Positions 26,701 through 37,499 of a stretch of 64,000 bases of DNA are shown piece by piece. The stretch lies in contig NC_090340.1 in NCBI RefSeq assembly GCF_035084215.1, forward strand, positions 5,580,001 through 5,644,000, read 5' to 3'. Position numbers and translations under genes: made by a program. This DNA comes from Heptranchias perlo (taxonomy: Eukaryota). Position 1 is the first letter of the stretch; every line of letters starts with the position of its first letter. Under the pieces are notes generated by a model. That model did not search any database and was not told the origin of the DNA. It saw only the letters and a program-made list of their open reading frames with translations.

Positions 26701-29700
26701 GGAAATACATCAGTACTGCTGGGGAGGAAATTGAATAATAGAACACACCCAAAACATATTTAATATTTTCCTACATGTCGCGACCAGATGAATTCTTATC
26801 CCAATGCACTTTACTCCCATCAATTAGTGGAGGATCATTCAGTGTGTTTTTTCCACCTTTTTACGTATTGCTGCTAATTATTCAAACTATGCGTTATTTG
26901 AAACACTTTGTTGCCGATTTCACACAAATCAGATGAATAAAGAGTTGTTGAAATGGACCTGCTGAGGCTTTATGTATTGTATTAGCGTATTCTCATAGGA
27001 CTATCTTTGTAAGAGATGCTTGTGATATTTAAACCGACGTATATTCTTTTTCATTTCCACAGATTCTAATTTTGTTTTGATATCAATCTCATAGATGTTG
27101 CCTCTGCATTCAGTGTTGCTCTGATCGCTGAATGCGCCGGGATTGCAGTGGTAATTCTATTGTTGACCGTTATGATTGTGAAGGGACTTCAATTCATTAC
27201 GTCCAAAGGTATGAAGCATCCCGACTTTCTTGATCATTGACTATCTGTTCGCAAGTTGCAACAAATTCTGTAAATTAGAAATTAACGGTATAATTGATAC
27301 CGAAGCAAATACCTTACACGCAGGCAGAGGCTGTATAACATCAGTCTAACATCATTCGTAGAGGAGCTGCCCAGTTGTACAAACTGTCCGATGGATTGAC
27401 GTGAAAATATTTCTGAACGTTCATCTCCATATCTGTTTGCTTCAACTCAAATATTAGATCATAACACGACGTTAGCAGTCTCGTAGCTAGAGTTTGCTGA
27501 ATTCTATTGAAGTAGGTCTAGATCTCGTGCAGTGAATGTCTTGGGTGCATGAAGTTTACACAGCTTCATCACAAGAGACATAACACAATGGAAGCGCGCG
27601 TTTCTGGAATCCTGGAGATAAAGCGTGATACTTGGGGCCCTATCAGACCCTGCGAACTGAACTAATTGCATTTGATTTCGTGGTTCTGTTGAAACACCGA
27701 AATATTGGGCAATTTTGGCCATTCATTTCCATTTTATTTCCCACCAGGTACAAAGAGAAATCCAGTGAATTCTGCTCGGCATGAAGATCGGGTAACGTCA
27801 CCTTACTTTTCACTCTACTTTGTTTCAAATGGACTGAGATTTTGCACTCAAATGAGACAGCGTTAAGAATGTTTCCTGCTTGGATTTATTCTGTGTGCCT
27901 CGGTGTTCTGTAAAAAAAAAGCAACTTGTGCTAAAAAAGAATATTGTAATATAAAATAACGAACGGAGTGTTTAGAAACTCTCGCACCGATTTTAAATGG
28001 ACAGATATATTGTTCAGTTTAATCTACCTTATTAAAAATTGCCATAATATTTAAAGGACAACTGTAGTATTGAGCATTACAGAACGTTGTTTATTTCTTT
28101 GTGCTAACCAGGTGATAGCATGGAGATGTAAACTCCCAACATTCATCCTTGTTCATCAATTGACAACAGATCTCCATAATAGATTTGGACCATCCGAAAC
28201 AGTCCATTATTGTTACCATACTTCAACTCCGTCTTTCTGCGCTGCTCAAAATCAATCCATGCTGTCTGTTTAGACGGGTAACCTAACCTGCCTTCTCCCA
28301 GGTGACCGAACACAAAGGGTAAATGCCGTGCAGCCAATCTGCGGTTATCTTTCATAAGCTGGTGGCGTCAAACAGTATCATATTAGATGCTGTTCCCGCC
28401 TATAGTTCCCCAAGTGGTGGCGTGGAAGCTGGATCAAGGACAGTTGCTGCTAGAGCGCACATTTCATTATTATTCAGTCTTGGGATCTGGGTTTCGTTGG
28501 CAAGGCTGATATTTATTGCCCATCCCTAGTTATCCTGAAAACGTGGTGGTGGGCCTTCTTCTTGAACCACTTATAGTGGTTTGATAGAAGTTAAGTGGCT
28601 TGCTACGACACTTCAGAGGACAGTTAAGAGTTAACCACATTGTTGCAGATCTGGATTTACTCGTAGGCTAGACCGGGTAAGGACGGCAGGTTTCATTCCC
28701 TAAAGGATATTATAGAACCAGCTGGATTCTAACGACAATTCAACAGCTTCATGGTCACTGTAACTAATACCAGCTTTTTATTTGCAAATATTTTAAACTA
28801 AATTCAAGTTTTCAAACTATTATTTGAATTCAGCTGCTAAGGATTATTAGTCCAGGCCCCTGGATATGGTGGCTGAAGTTGAAAAAAAATATTCTGGAAT
28901 TATGTGTGCTTCACCATTTTAGGAATAATGTGACATCGCTTGCTTACTTCCTTATAAATATCGAGTCAGCATGACATATTTGCTCGACTCAGGGCCATGG
29001 ACCCTCCCCTAAGCGGGCACTGTGCCCCCAGTGACATGCAAATCAATATCCAATTATATGATAATCGCACCAGAGAGCTCGAACAATAAGACCCGTACTC
29101 TGTCTGCGTTGTTTACTGTGATCTGGCACATGCCCACATATGTGTTCCCTTTAGATTTCAAATGATAAGGATTGCGATGAATCCAGGTCAATTATAGACC
29201 AACAAGTTATTTAATTTGATATGACATACCTGAATGATAGAGTCATAGAATCATAGAAAATTTAGGGCACAGAAGGAGGCAATTCGACCTATCGTGTCTG
29301 CACTGGCTGAGAAACGAACCACACACCGTAGCCCCACTTTTCCACATTTGGTCCATAGTCCTGTAAGTCACGGCTCTTCAGGTGCACATCGAGACATTTT
29401 TAAATGAGTTGAGGGTTTCTGCCTTTACCACCCTCTCAGGCAGTGAGTTCCAGACACCCACCACCCTCTGGGTGAAAAAAAAATCCTAATTTCCGCTCTA
29501 ATCCTTCTACCAATCACTTTAAATCTATGCTCTCTGGTTATTCACCCTCCGGTAAGGGAATTATCACCTCTATCTCGGCGCCCCATAATTTTGTACAGGC
29601 CAATCAAATCACCCCTCAGCCTCCTCTGTTCATTGGAAAACAACCCCAGCCTATCCAATCAGTCATCATAGCTAAAATTCTCCAGCCCTGGAAACATCCT

Positions 29701-32700
29701 CGGAAATCTCCTCTGCACCCTCTCTATCGTATCTCGGAGCTGGAGCTGCGGGTGGATTCACTGTGGAGAATACGCGATGCAGAGAAACTCGTGGATAGCA
29801 CGTTTAGCGAGTTGGTCACACCGCAGGTAAAGGGAGTACAGGCAGGAAGTGATGGGTGACCACCAGGCAGAGTAAGAGGTGCAGGCAGGTAGTGCAGGGG
29901 TCCCCTGTGGCCATCCCCCCTCTCAAAGAGGTATACCGTTTTGGATGCTGTTGGGGGAGATGGCTCACCAGGGGAAGGTAACAGCAGCCAGGTTCATGGC
30001 ACCGTGGCTGGCTCTGCTGCACAGGAGGGCAGGAAAAAGGGTGGCAGAGCTAAAGTGATAGGGGACTCGATTGTAAGGGGAATAGACAGGCGTTTCTGCG
30101 GACGCAACCGAGACTCCAGGATGGTATGTTGCCTCCCTGGTGCAAGGGTCAGGGATATCTCGGAGCGGCTGCAGGACATTCTGGAGGGGGAGGGTGAACA
30201 GCCAGTTGTCGTGGTGCATATAGGTGCCAACGATATAGGTAAAAAGCAGGATGAGGTCCTACAAGCTGAATTTAGGGAGTTAGGAGTTAAACTAAAAAGT
30301 AGGACCTCAAAGGTAGTAATCTCAGGATTGCTACCAGTGCCACGGGATAGTCAGAGTAGGAATGACAGGATAGCTAGGATGAATACGTGGCTTGAGAAAT
30401 GGTGCAAGAGGGAGGGATTCAAATTCCTGGGCCATTGGAACCGGTTCTTGGGGAGGTGGGACCAGTACAAATTGGACGGTCTGCATCTGGGCAGGACTGG
30501 AACCAATGTCCTAGGGGGAGTGTTTGTTAGTGCTGTTGGGGAGGGTTTAAACTAATGTGGTAGTGGGATGGGAACCGATGCAGGAAGTCAGTGGGAAGTA
30601 AAGTGGTGACAGAAACAAAAGGCAGTAAGGGAGAGTGTACAAAACATGACCGGACAGATGGTCTGAGAAAGCAGGGCAAAGACCAGGGGAAGTCTAGATT
30701 AAACTGCATTTATTTCAATGCATGAAGTCTGATGGGCAAGGCAGATGAACTCAGGGCATGGATGGGTACATGGGACTGGGATGTTATATCTATTACTGAA
30801 ACATGGCTAAGGGAGGGGCAGGACTGGCAGCTCAATGTTCCAGGGTACAGATGCTATAGGAAAGATAGAGCAGGAGGTAAGAGAGGAGGGGGAGTTGCGT
30901 TCTTGATTAGGGAGAACATCACGGCAGTAGTGAGAGGGGATATATCCGAGGGTTCGCCCACTGAGTCTATATGGGTAGAACTGAAAATAAGAAGGGAGAG
31001 ATCACTTTGATAGGATTGTACTACAGACCCCCAAATAGTCAACGGGAAATTGAGGAGCAAATATGTAAGGAGATTACAGACAGCTGCAAGAAAAATAGGG
31101 TGGTAATAGTAGGGGACTTTAACTTTCCCAACATTGACTGGGACAGCCATAGCATTCGGGGCTTGGATGGAGAGAAATTTGTTGAGTGCATTCAGGAGGA
31201 ATTTCTCATTCAGTATGTGGATGGCCCGACTAGAGAGGGGGCAAAACTTGACCTCCTCTTGGGAAATAAGGAAGGGCAGGTGACAGAAGTGTTAGTGAGG
31301 GATCACTTTGGGACCAGTGATCACAATTCCATTCGTTTTAAGATAGCTATGGAGAATGATAGGTCTGGCCCAAAAGTTAAAATTCTAAATTGGGGAAAAG
31401 CCAATGTTGATGGTATTAGACAGGAACTTTCAGAAGTTGATTGGGAGAGTCCGTTGGCACGCAAAGGGAATCTGGTAAGTGGGAGGCTTTCAAAAGTGTG
31501 TTAACCAGGGTTCAGGGTTCCTTATAAAGTGAAGGGCAAGGCTGGTGGAAGCAGGGAATCTTGGATGACTCGGGAGATTGAGGCCCTATTCAAAAAGAAG
31601 AAGGAGGCATATGACATGCATAGGCAGCTGGGATCAAGTGGATCCCTTGAAGAGTATAGAGATTGCCAGAGTAGAGTTAAGAGAGAAATCAGGAGGGCAA
31701 AAAGAGGACATGAGATTGCTTTGGCAGATAAGGCAAAGGAGAATCCAAAGAGCTTCTACAAATACATAAAGGGCAAAAGAGTAACTAGGGAGAGAGTAGG
31801 GCCTCTTAAGGATCAACAAGGTCATCTATGTGCGGAACCACAAGAGATGGGTGAGATCCGAAATGAATATTTCACATCGGTATTTACGGTTGAGAAAGGC
31901 ATGGATGTTAGGGAACTTGGGGAAATAAATAGTGCTTTCTTGAGGAGTGTACATATTACAGAGAGGGAGGTGCTGGAAGTCTTAACGCGCATCAAGGTAG
32001 ATAAATCTCCGGGACCTGATGAAATGTATCCCAGGACGTTATGGGAGGTTAGGGAGGAAATTGCGGGTCCCCTAGCAGAGATTTTTGAAACATCGACAGC
32101 TACAGGTGAGGTGCCTGAAGATTGGAGGGTAGCAAATGTTGTGCATTTGTTTAAGAAGGGCGGCAGGGAAAAGCCTGGGAACTACAGACCGGTGAGCCTG
32201 ACATCTGTAGTGGGTAAGTTGTTAGAGGTATTCTGAGAGACAGGATCTACAGGCATTTGGAGAGGCAGGGACTGATTCGGAACAGTCAGCATGGTTTTGT
32301 GAGAGGAAAATCATGTCTCACGAATTTGATTGAGTTTTTTGAAGGGGTAACCAAGAAGATAGATGAGGGCTGTGCAGTAGACGTGGTCTACATGTACTTT
32401 AGCAAAGCCTTTGACAAGATACATAAGGTTAAATCTCACTGGATCAAAGGTGAGGTAGCCAATTGGATACAAAATTTGCTTGACGACAGAAGACAGAGGG
32501 TGGTTGTAGAGGGTTGTTTTTCAAACTGGAGGCCTGTGACCACCGGTGTGCCTCAGGGATCGGTGCTGTGTCCGCTATTATTTGTTGTTGATATTAATGA
32601 TTTGGATGAGAATTTAGGAGGCATGGTTATTAAATTTGCAGATGACACCAAGATTGGTGGCATTGTGGACAGTGAAGAAGGTTATCTAGGATTGCAACGG

Positions 32701-35700
32701 GATTTTGATAAATTGGGCCAGTGGGCCGATGAATGGCAGATGGAATTTAATTTAGATAAATGTGAGGTGATGTATTTTGGTAGATCGAATCGGGCCAGGA
32801 CCTACTTCGTTAATGGTTGGGCGTTGGGGAGAGTTATAGAACAAAGAGATCTAGGAGTACAGGTTCATAGCTCCTTGAAAGTGGAATCACAGGTGGATAG
32901 GGTGGTGAAAAAGTCATTCGGCATGCTTGGTTTCATTGGTCAGAACATTGAATACAGGAGTTGGGATGTTTTGTTGAAGTTGTACAAGACATTAGTAAGG
33001 CCACACTTGGAATACTGTGTACAGTTCTGGTCACCCTATTATAGAAAGGATATTATTAAACTAGAAAGAGTGCAGAAAAGATTTACTAGGATGCTACCGG
33101 GGCTTGATGGTTTGACTTATAGGGAGAGGTTAGATAGACTGGGACTTTTTTCCCTGGAGAGTAGGAGGTTAAGGGGTGATCTTGTAGTAGTCTATAAAAC
33201 AATGAGGGGCATAGATAAGTTAGATAGTCAAAATCTTTTCCCAAAGGTAGGGGAGTCTATAATGAGGGGGCATAGATTAAAGGTGAGAGGGGAGAGATAC
33301 AAAAGGGTCCAGAGGGGCAATTTTTTCACTCAAAGGGTGGTGAGTGTCTGGAACGAGCTGCCAGAGGCAGTAGTAGAGGCGGGTACAATGTTGTCTTTTA
33401 AAAAGCATTTGGAGAGTTACATGGGTAAGATGGGTATAGAGGGATATGGGCCAAGTGCAGGCAATTGAGACTAGCTTCGTGGTATAAACTGGGCGACATG
33501 GATATGTTGGGCCGAAGGGCCTGTTTCCATGTTGTAAACTTCTATGACTCTATGACTCTATGAATCTAGTGCAATTACATCTTTCCTGTAATGTGGTGAC
33601 CAGAACTGTGCGCAGTCCTCAAGCTGTGGCCTCACTAGTGTTTTATACAGTTCCAGCATAACATCCCTGCTTTTATATTCTATGTTTTGGCTAATAAAGG
33701 AAAGCATTCCATATGCCTTCTTAACCACCTTATCTACCTGTCCTACTTCTTTCAGGGATCTGTGGACATGCACTCCAAGGTCCCGCGCTTCCTCTACAAC
33801 TCTCAGTATCCTCCCATTCACTGTGTACTCCCTTGCCTCGCTTGCTTTCCCTAAATGCGTCACCTGCACTTCATCCATTTGCCACTTTTCTTCCCATCTG
33901 ACCCTTCCATTGATATCTTCCTGCAGTCTACAGTTTTCCTCCTCACTATCAAGCACACGGCCTATCTTTTTGTCATCCGCAAATTTCTTAATCATGTCCC
34001 CTATGTTTAAGTACAATTCGTTAATGTATACCACGAAAAACAAAGGACCTATTGCCGAGCCCCGCTGCACCCCACTGGAAACAGCTTTCCAGTCGCAAAA
34101 ATACCCGTCCACCATTACACTTTGCTTCCTGCCACTGACCCAATTTTAGATCCAATTTACCTCATTCCCTTGGATCCCATGGACCTTTACTAATGATTAT
34201 GTTTATTACAGCGAGATTGACCAAGTTTCTATCACTACTCCTATATTATGAAATGAAGAACCATTGTATGGGCCGAAGGTCTGCAATTTCCTTTCATAGA
34301 CGCAACGCGGAAGTTAGACCCGAAAACGTGCACAATCCCGTGCTCATCCTGCAAATGTTGTGAGGCTCTAATTTACTGTCAATCTCATTTGAATGCGCTC
34401 CACCCTAAAATCGGAGTAAATCACCTTTAACAATCGGGGCCCAAACAAAGCACCGAGCTGGCACGATATATTCCTTCTTCAAGTAAAAAAAGTTAAGGTT
34501 TCGACTCATTCATCCATCAAAAGTACGTCATTGTACGTAAAGCGTTTTGGGACGTCCTGCGATCCTGAAAGGCGCTATACAATGCAAAAACACCCTTTAT
34601 TGATGAACGTTAAGCAGTATGTTTCGCTACCTGCAATCGGGGAAACTTTTCAAGTTTTAAGGCGACTTCTATTTATGCCATAAAAATCCATGAAAAGAAA
34701 CATCGAACAGAGTGCCGGTCGCAGTATGAATTAAAACGCTCGGAAATTTGCAATAAATCACTGGAAAAATGACTTTGTTTCCGACTGAGCCTCAACAACA
34801 GGTAGTAATTTTAAGACAGCCCCTGGGAAAGGGCAACTGCAGGAAACTTGCGTATTAGTCCCTGTCAACTGGGATTGGGGCCATATTTATGGTCGGAGAT
34901 TTGCTCAGTGGGAGGTATTAATAGACAGTCGTAAAAAATCGAGGAGATGTCGTAGTTAGGCATATAACTTACTTTTGCCCAAAATACTGCGATCTTTTAA
35001 GCAAGTAATTGGTTTGCAACAAGGTGACGTATGTCTCTCGGCATCAAGTATAGAGGCAAATGTAACTTCGACAGAAACCTGTGAGAAATGGCGTAAACGG
35101 CCTTTATGCGCATCTTCCACGCAAATTACATCAATTCCAGCCCTACTCTCATTACTCCGCTGTAGCACTCTGATCATGTGTCAGAAGGACGTGCATTAAA
35201 GCACTACTCCAGAAGCTGATCCAACAATGTAAGTTGACGTTCACGTGCAGTACTCGGGGAGCCTTGCATTGTCCCATTGCCAGATGAGACGAAAAACCAA
35301 GGCTTCCAATATGTGCACTTAAAAGATACCAGCACAATATTTCAAAAACAGCAGGCGAGTTCTCCGGATATACTGGCCCAACAATGATACTTTAGCCAAC
35401 ACCAACAATACAGATTAACGAATCATTTATTACACTATTATTTGCATATCCATGCTGTGCATGCATTGGATGCCATATTCCGCTGCATAGAAACAGTATT
35501 TATGTTCTAGAAATAATTAATTTCCTATGAAACGCTTCGGGACTTCCAGACATCCACATTATCTGGACGCCTCTCTGTAAATACATTTTCTTCTTCCTCC
35601 GACGCCCCACACTTCGCCGAGGATTAATTTGTACAGCTGCCAATCGAAACGATCAGATTCCCCTGATTTTGGGGTGCATGTGTATTTAACTGATTATCTC

Positions 35701-36731
35701 TGTAAGAATTTATTTATTTGTTTCTTTACTCTCGTTTATTTATTAATGTTTTGATTGAACTCTCATACGGGAGCGACTACATTGATTCGTCCAGTTGTTG
35801 CACCCTACAACCTAAACTAAGGACGAAACTATTGATATATGTGCCTCAATTTATTTCTTTCTATTTTTCATCCCGAAAAAGGCAAAAAGAATTCCACTTG
35901 TTTTACATATATTTATAATGTAATTTAACACCAAATTTCAACTTGAACGATTGACTATAAACCAAACTACATTCTGAATTTATTCCACTATTGTAATGAA
36001 GGAGGATGTCATTTATCTGAATAACAAAAAACAATTAATTCGCACTGACGCGTAAAACTCATGTTCCTGGAAATTTAATAGTTGCCAAAGTTCCTGGCTA
36101 ACTTTCAAAATTGAAATTCATTCGTTTCCCAGCTGTTTACCATTTTCTAATCCAGCGGTTCGGGGTTATTGATCCCTGGCGAGCGTTAAACTGCAGAAAG
36201 AAATAGTAAACTTCATTAACATCTACAGAACTAATAATAAGGTCAATGCGACTATGCTGCCTGAATTGTCTATTAGATGCAAAGGCTTCATGAATCTTGA
36301 AACTCCAGAAAAAGCACCTCAATGAATGCTAAACATTGACTTTCCAGAAAGAACGAGGGTCAGCTGAGGAGAAGCTGACGTACGCTGCTCTGGATCTGAT
36401 CGGTTCCAAGAAAACTATCAATTCGAGGCAACATGAAGAGCGTACAGTGTATGCAAAGGTACAGTTGAGTTCACACAGGGAAATAATAATCATGCAAAAT
36501 AGAATATATTTGGTTTTGAGATGATATTGAGAATTAATTTGACTTCATTTTGATTTAAATTTTTTGAAGAAAATGACATTATTCTTAATTTTTGTTTTAC
36601 AGACCAAACAGGTCGCGGCTGATAGTCAATTGACTTACGCTGCTTTGAATTTGACTGGTTCCAAGAAAACGTCGAAACGTAAACAGAAAGAAACAAACCT
36701 AACATACGCAGTCGTGAAGACCAGCATCTAA
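23745..36731 (+). CDS. Spliced gene (7 coding exons) for a SIRP-alpha-like (PTPNS1-like) inhibitory IgSF receptor: SP-V(J)-C1-TM-4xTyr tail, 344-347 aa
   Basis: Exons 23745-23799, 24145-24456, 25321-25617/25626, 27095-27208, 28302-28318, 36348-36458, 36603-36731. All are GT-AG, with phases 1,1,1,1,0,0 giving one open frame: MSMSVAFWIICSLGILYP|VTVDTSGKLYPDIVQMKALRGTNITLKCPFPFDRNYSNIKAHWWREG...DNGTYRCAINNQKQRFGKGTRVQVVVY|AVPAPLK...LRLACRTAAFYPKDFNLTWHKNG...YTCQVYHVSNSIPASASYTV(GND)|DVASAFSVALIAECAGIAVVILLLTVMIVKGLQFITSK|GDRTQR|KERGSAEEKLTYAALDLIGSKKTINSRQHEERTVYAK|TKQVAADSQLTYAALNLTGSKKTSKRKQKETNLTYAVVKTSI*. Orthology to SIRPA is not demonstrated. Confidence 0.85.
24145..24456 (+). CDS. Exon 2: V-set Ig domain with germline-joined J-like G strand
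   Basis: Acceptor tttgttgacAG (in-frame alternative start at 24163). B-strand ITLKC, C-strand HWWR, DNGTYRC, FGKGTRVQV. Donor ATG|GTAAGT, phase 1-1. Confidence 0.93.
24661..25147 (+). repeat. Intronic direct repeat copy 1 (intron 2)
   Basis: Begins aattgttatttaatgttatgtt and ends cagtactgctggggaggaaattg; matches 26261-26738 (period ~1600 bp). Confidence 0.9.
25321..25626 (+). CDS. Exon 3: C1-set Ig domain
   Basis: Long polypyrimidine acceptor ending ccatttAG at 25320. C1 hallmarks LxC...FYP...LTW.KNG and YTCQVYH. Two in-phase donors (after 25617 or 25626). Confidence 0.92.
26261..26738 (+). repeat. Intronic direct repeat copy 2 (intron 3)
   Basis: Diverged ~480 bp copy of 24661-25147; the pair brackets the C1 exon. 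Confidence 0.9.
27095..27208 (+). CDS. Exon 4: transmembrane exon
   Basis: atctcatAG acceptor, FSVALIAECAGIAVVILLLTVMIV followed by K, donor AAG|GTATGA, 114 nt, phase 1-1. Confidence 0.85.
28302..28318 (+). CDS. Exon 5: putative 17-nt cytoplasmic micro-exon (GDRTQR)
   Basis: CTAAC branch-like motif at ~28283, ccttctcccAG acceptor, AGG|GTAAAT donor. Converts phase 1 to the phase 0 required by exon 6. Other small exons in the 8 kb intron cannot be excluded. Confidence 0.6.
28470..28870 (-). mobile_element. tRNA-derived SINE-like repeat
   Basis: Reverse complement matches the SINE-like head/body at 57210-57540 (ggcctggactaataatcc, ccttacccggtctagcctac). Confidence 0.7.
29240..29726 (-). mobile_element. 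Host CR1, 3' part (antisense)
   Basis: tcatagaatcatagaa tail and RT C-terminal coding sequence on the minus strand; continues at 33565. Confidence 0.85.
29727..33564 (+). mobile_element. Long CR1 LINE (ORF1 SGNH esterase + ORF2 APE endonuclease/RT), frameshifted, nested in an antisense CR1 within intron 5
   Basis: GDSIVRG/HIGANDI/DGLHL (29941-30555); ITETWL, VGDFNFP, SDHN (30732-31504); KSPGPD, YRPVSLTS, GVPQGSVL, FADD (31529-33468); (TCTATGAC)n tail; host interrupted at ctctgcaccctctcta|...|tctagtgcaattacatc. Confidence 0.95.
33565..34190 (-). mobile_element. Host CR1, RT part (antisense)
   Basis: ORF 33558..34115 with GVQRGSAIGPLFF, FADD, RPQLED.AQFWSP. Confidence 0.9.
35150..35560 (+). 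mobile_element. Degraded DeuSINE-like element
   Basis: Reverse-orientation similarity to 43640-44070. Confidence 0.55.
36348..36458 (+). CDS. Exon 6: cytoplasmic, ITIM LTYAAL plus ITSM-like TVYAK(T/V)
   Basis: gactttccAG acceptor, 111 nt, phase 0-0, donor AAG|GTACAG. Lies inside ORF 36336..36524. Confidence 0.85.
36603..36731 (+). CDS. Exon 7: terminal cytoplasmic exon with ITIMs LTYAAL and LTYAVV
   Basis: tttgttttacAG acceptor; TKQVAADSQLTYAALNLTGSKKTSKRKQKETNLTYAVVKTSI then TAA at 36729-36731. Too short for the ORF track. Confidence 0.87.
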   Translation, partial: TKQVAADSQLTYAALNLTGSKKTSKRKQKETNLTYAVVKTSI

Positions 36732-37332
36732 TTGAGGCAATCACGGATACCTTGCAAAGATTCGAGGGATGTTTCAGTCATACGTTTACGTTGCTTGTGC
36801 ATTTAATCCAACGACTGGCCTATCTGCAGCTTTCCCTTCTTTTCCAAAGTCCTGGAACGCATTGTTGCCTCCCACCATTCTTTATTGCACACTCTCCATT
36901 CCGACTGCTAACTCACGCACTGTGTGTCTCTCAAAGTCACAACTGACTTCTTTGTAAATGTCAACACTGTGCATCACTTTTGCCCTCTCCATCAAGGAAG
37001 CCCTGAGCCATTCCATTAATCTCCATTATTTATATCGACAGTCCGATTCCATGATATACTTTCTCGTGAATCCGCTTGTACCGTGAAACAAGGGCATCAA
37101 TTTATATCCATTTAAATATTACCCTTTCTGCAGTTTACGCGTTTTTTCTATTTGGGATGCCTCTTGAAGCACCAACTGTTCACGAGTTATTTGCTTGTAT
37201 AATGTCTTTAATTTCTGAATCTTTCATTCGATTTTCTAACAAATGAATTGTCATTTAATTCCATTTTCATTCCACCTATAAGTCGTCTCTATTTATATTC
37301 CCCTCACACTCATTTCCCTTTGGCCAGATTCT

Positions 37333-37338
37333 ATTAAA
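37333..37338 (+). terminator. Candidate polyadenylation signal ATTAAA
   Basis: ~600 nt after the stop codon and followed by T-rich sequence. Confidence 0.3.
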
Positions 37339-37499
37339 ATGTTTCATTTTTCATTTTTGTATTCAGAAGAGGAACCAAGTCCCATAAGTTAAACTGTCTT
37401 GTTGTCGACATAGTCGATGGCTGGTTCATGTGTTTCCTGCTTTTATTGTGTGACCTTTGTCCAGAATTAGAAGGGTTTTTTTGCAATTATTATTATTAT

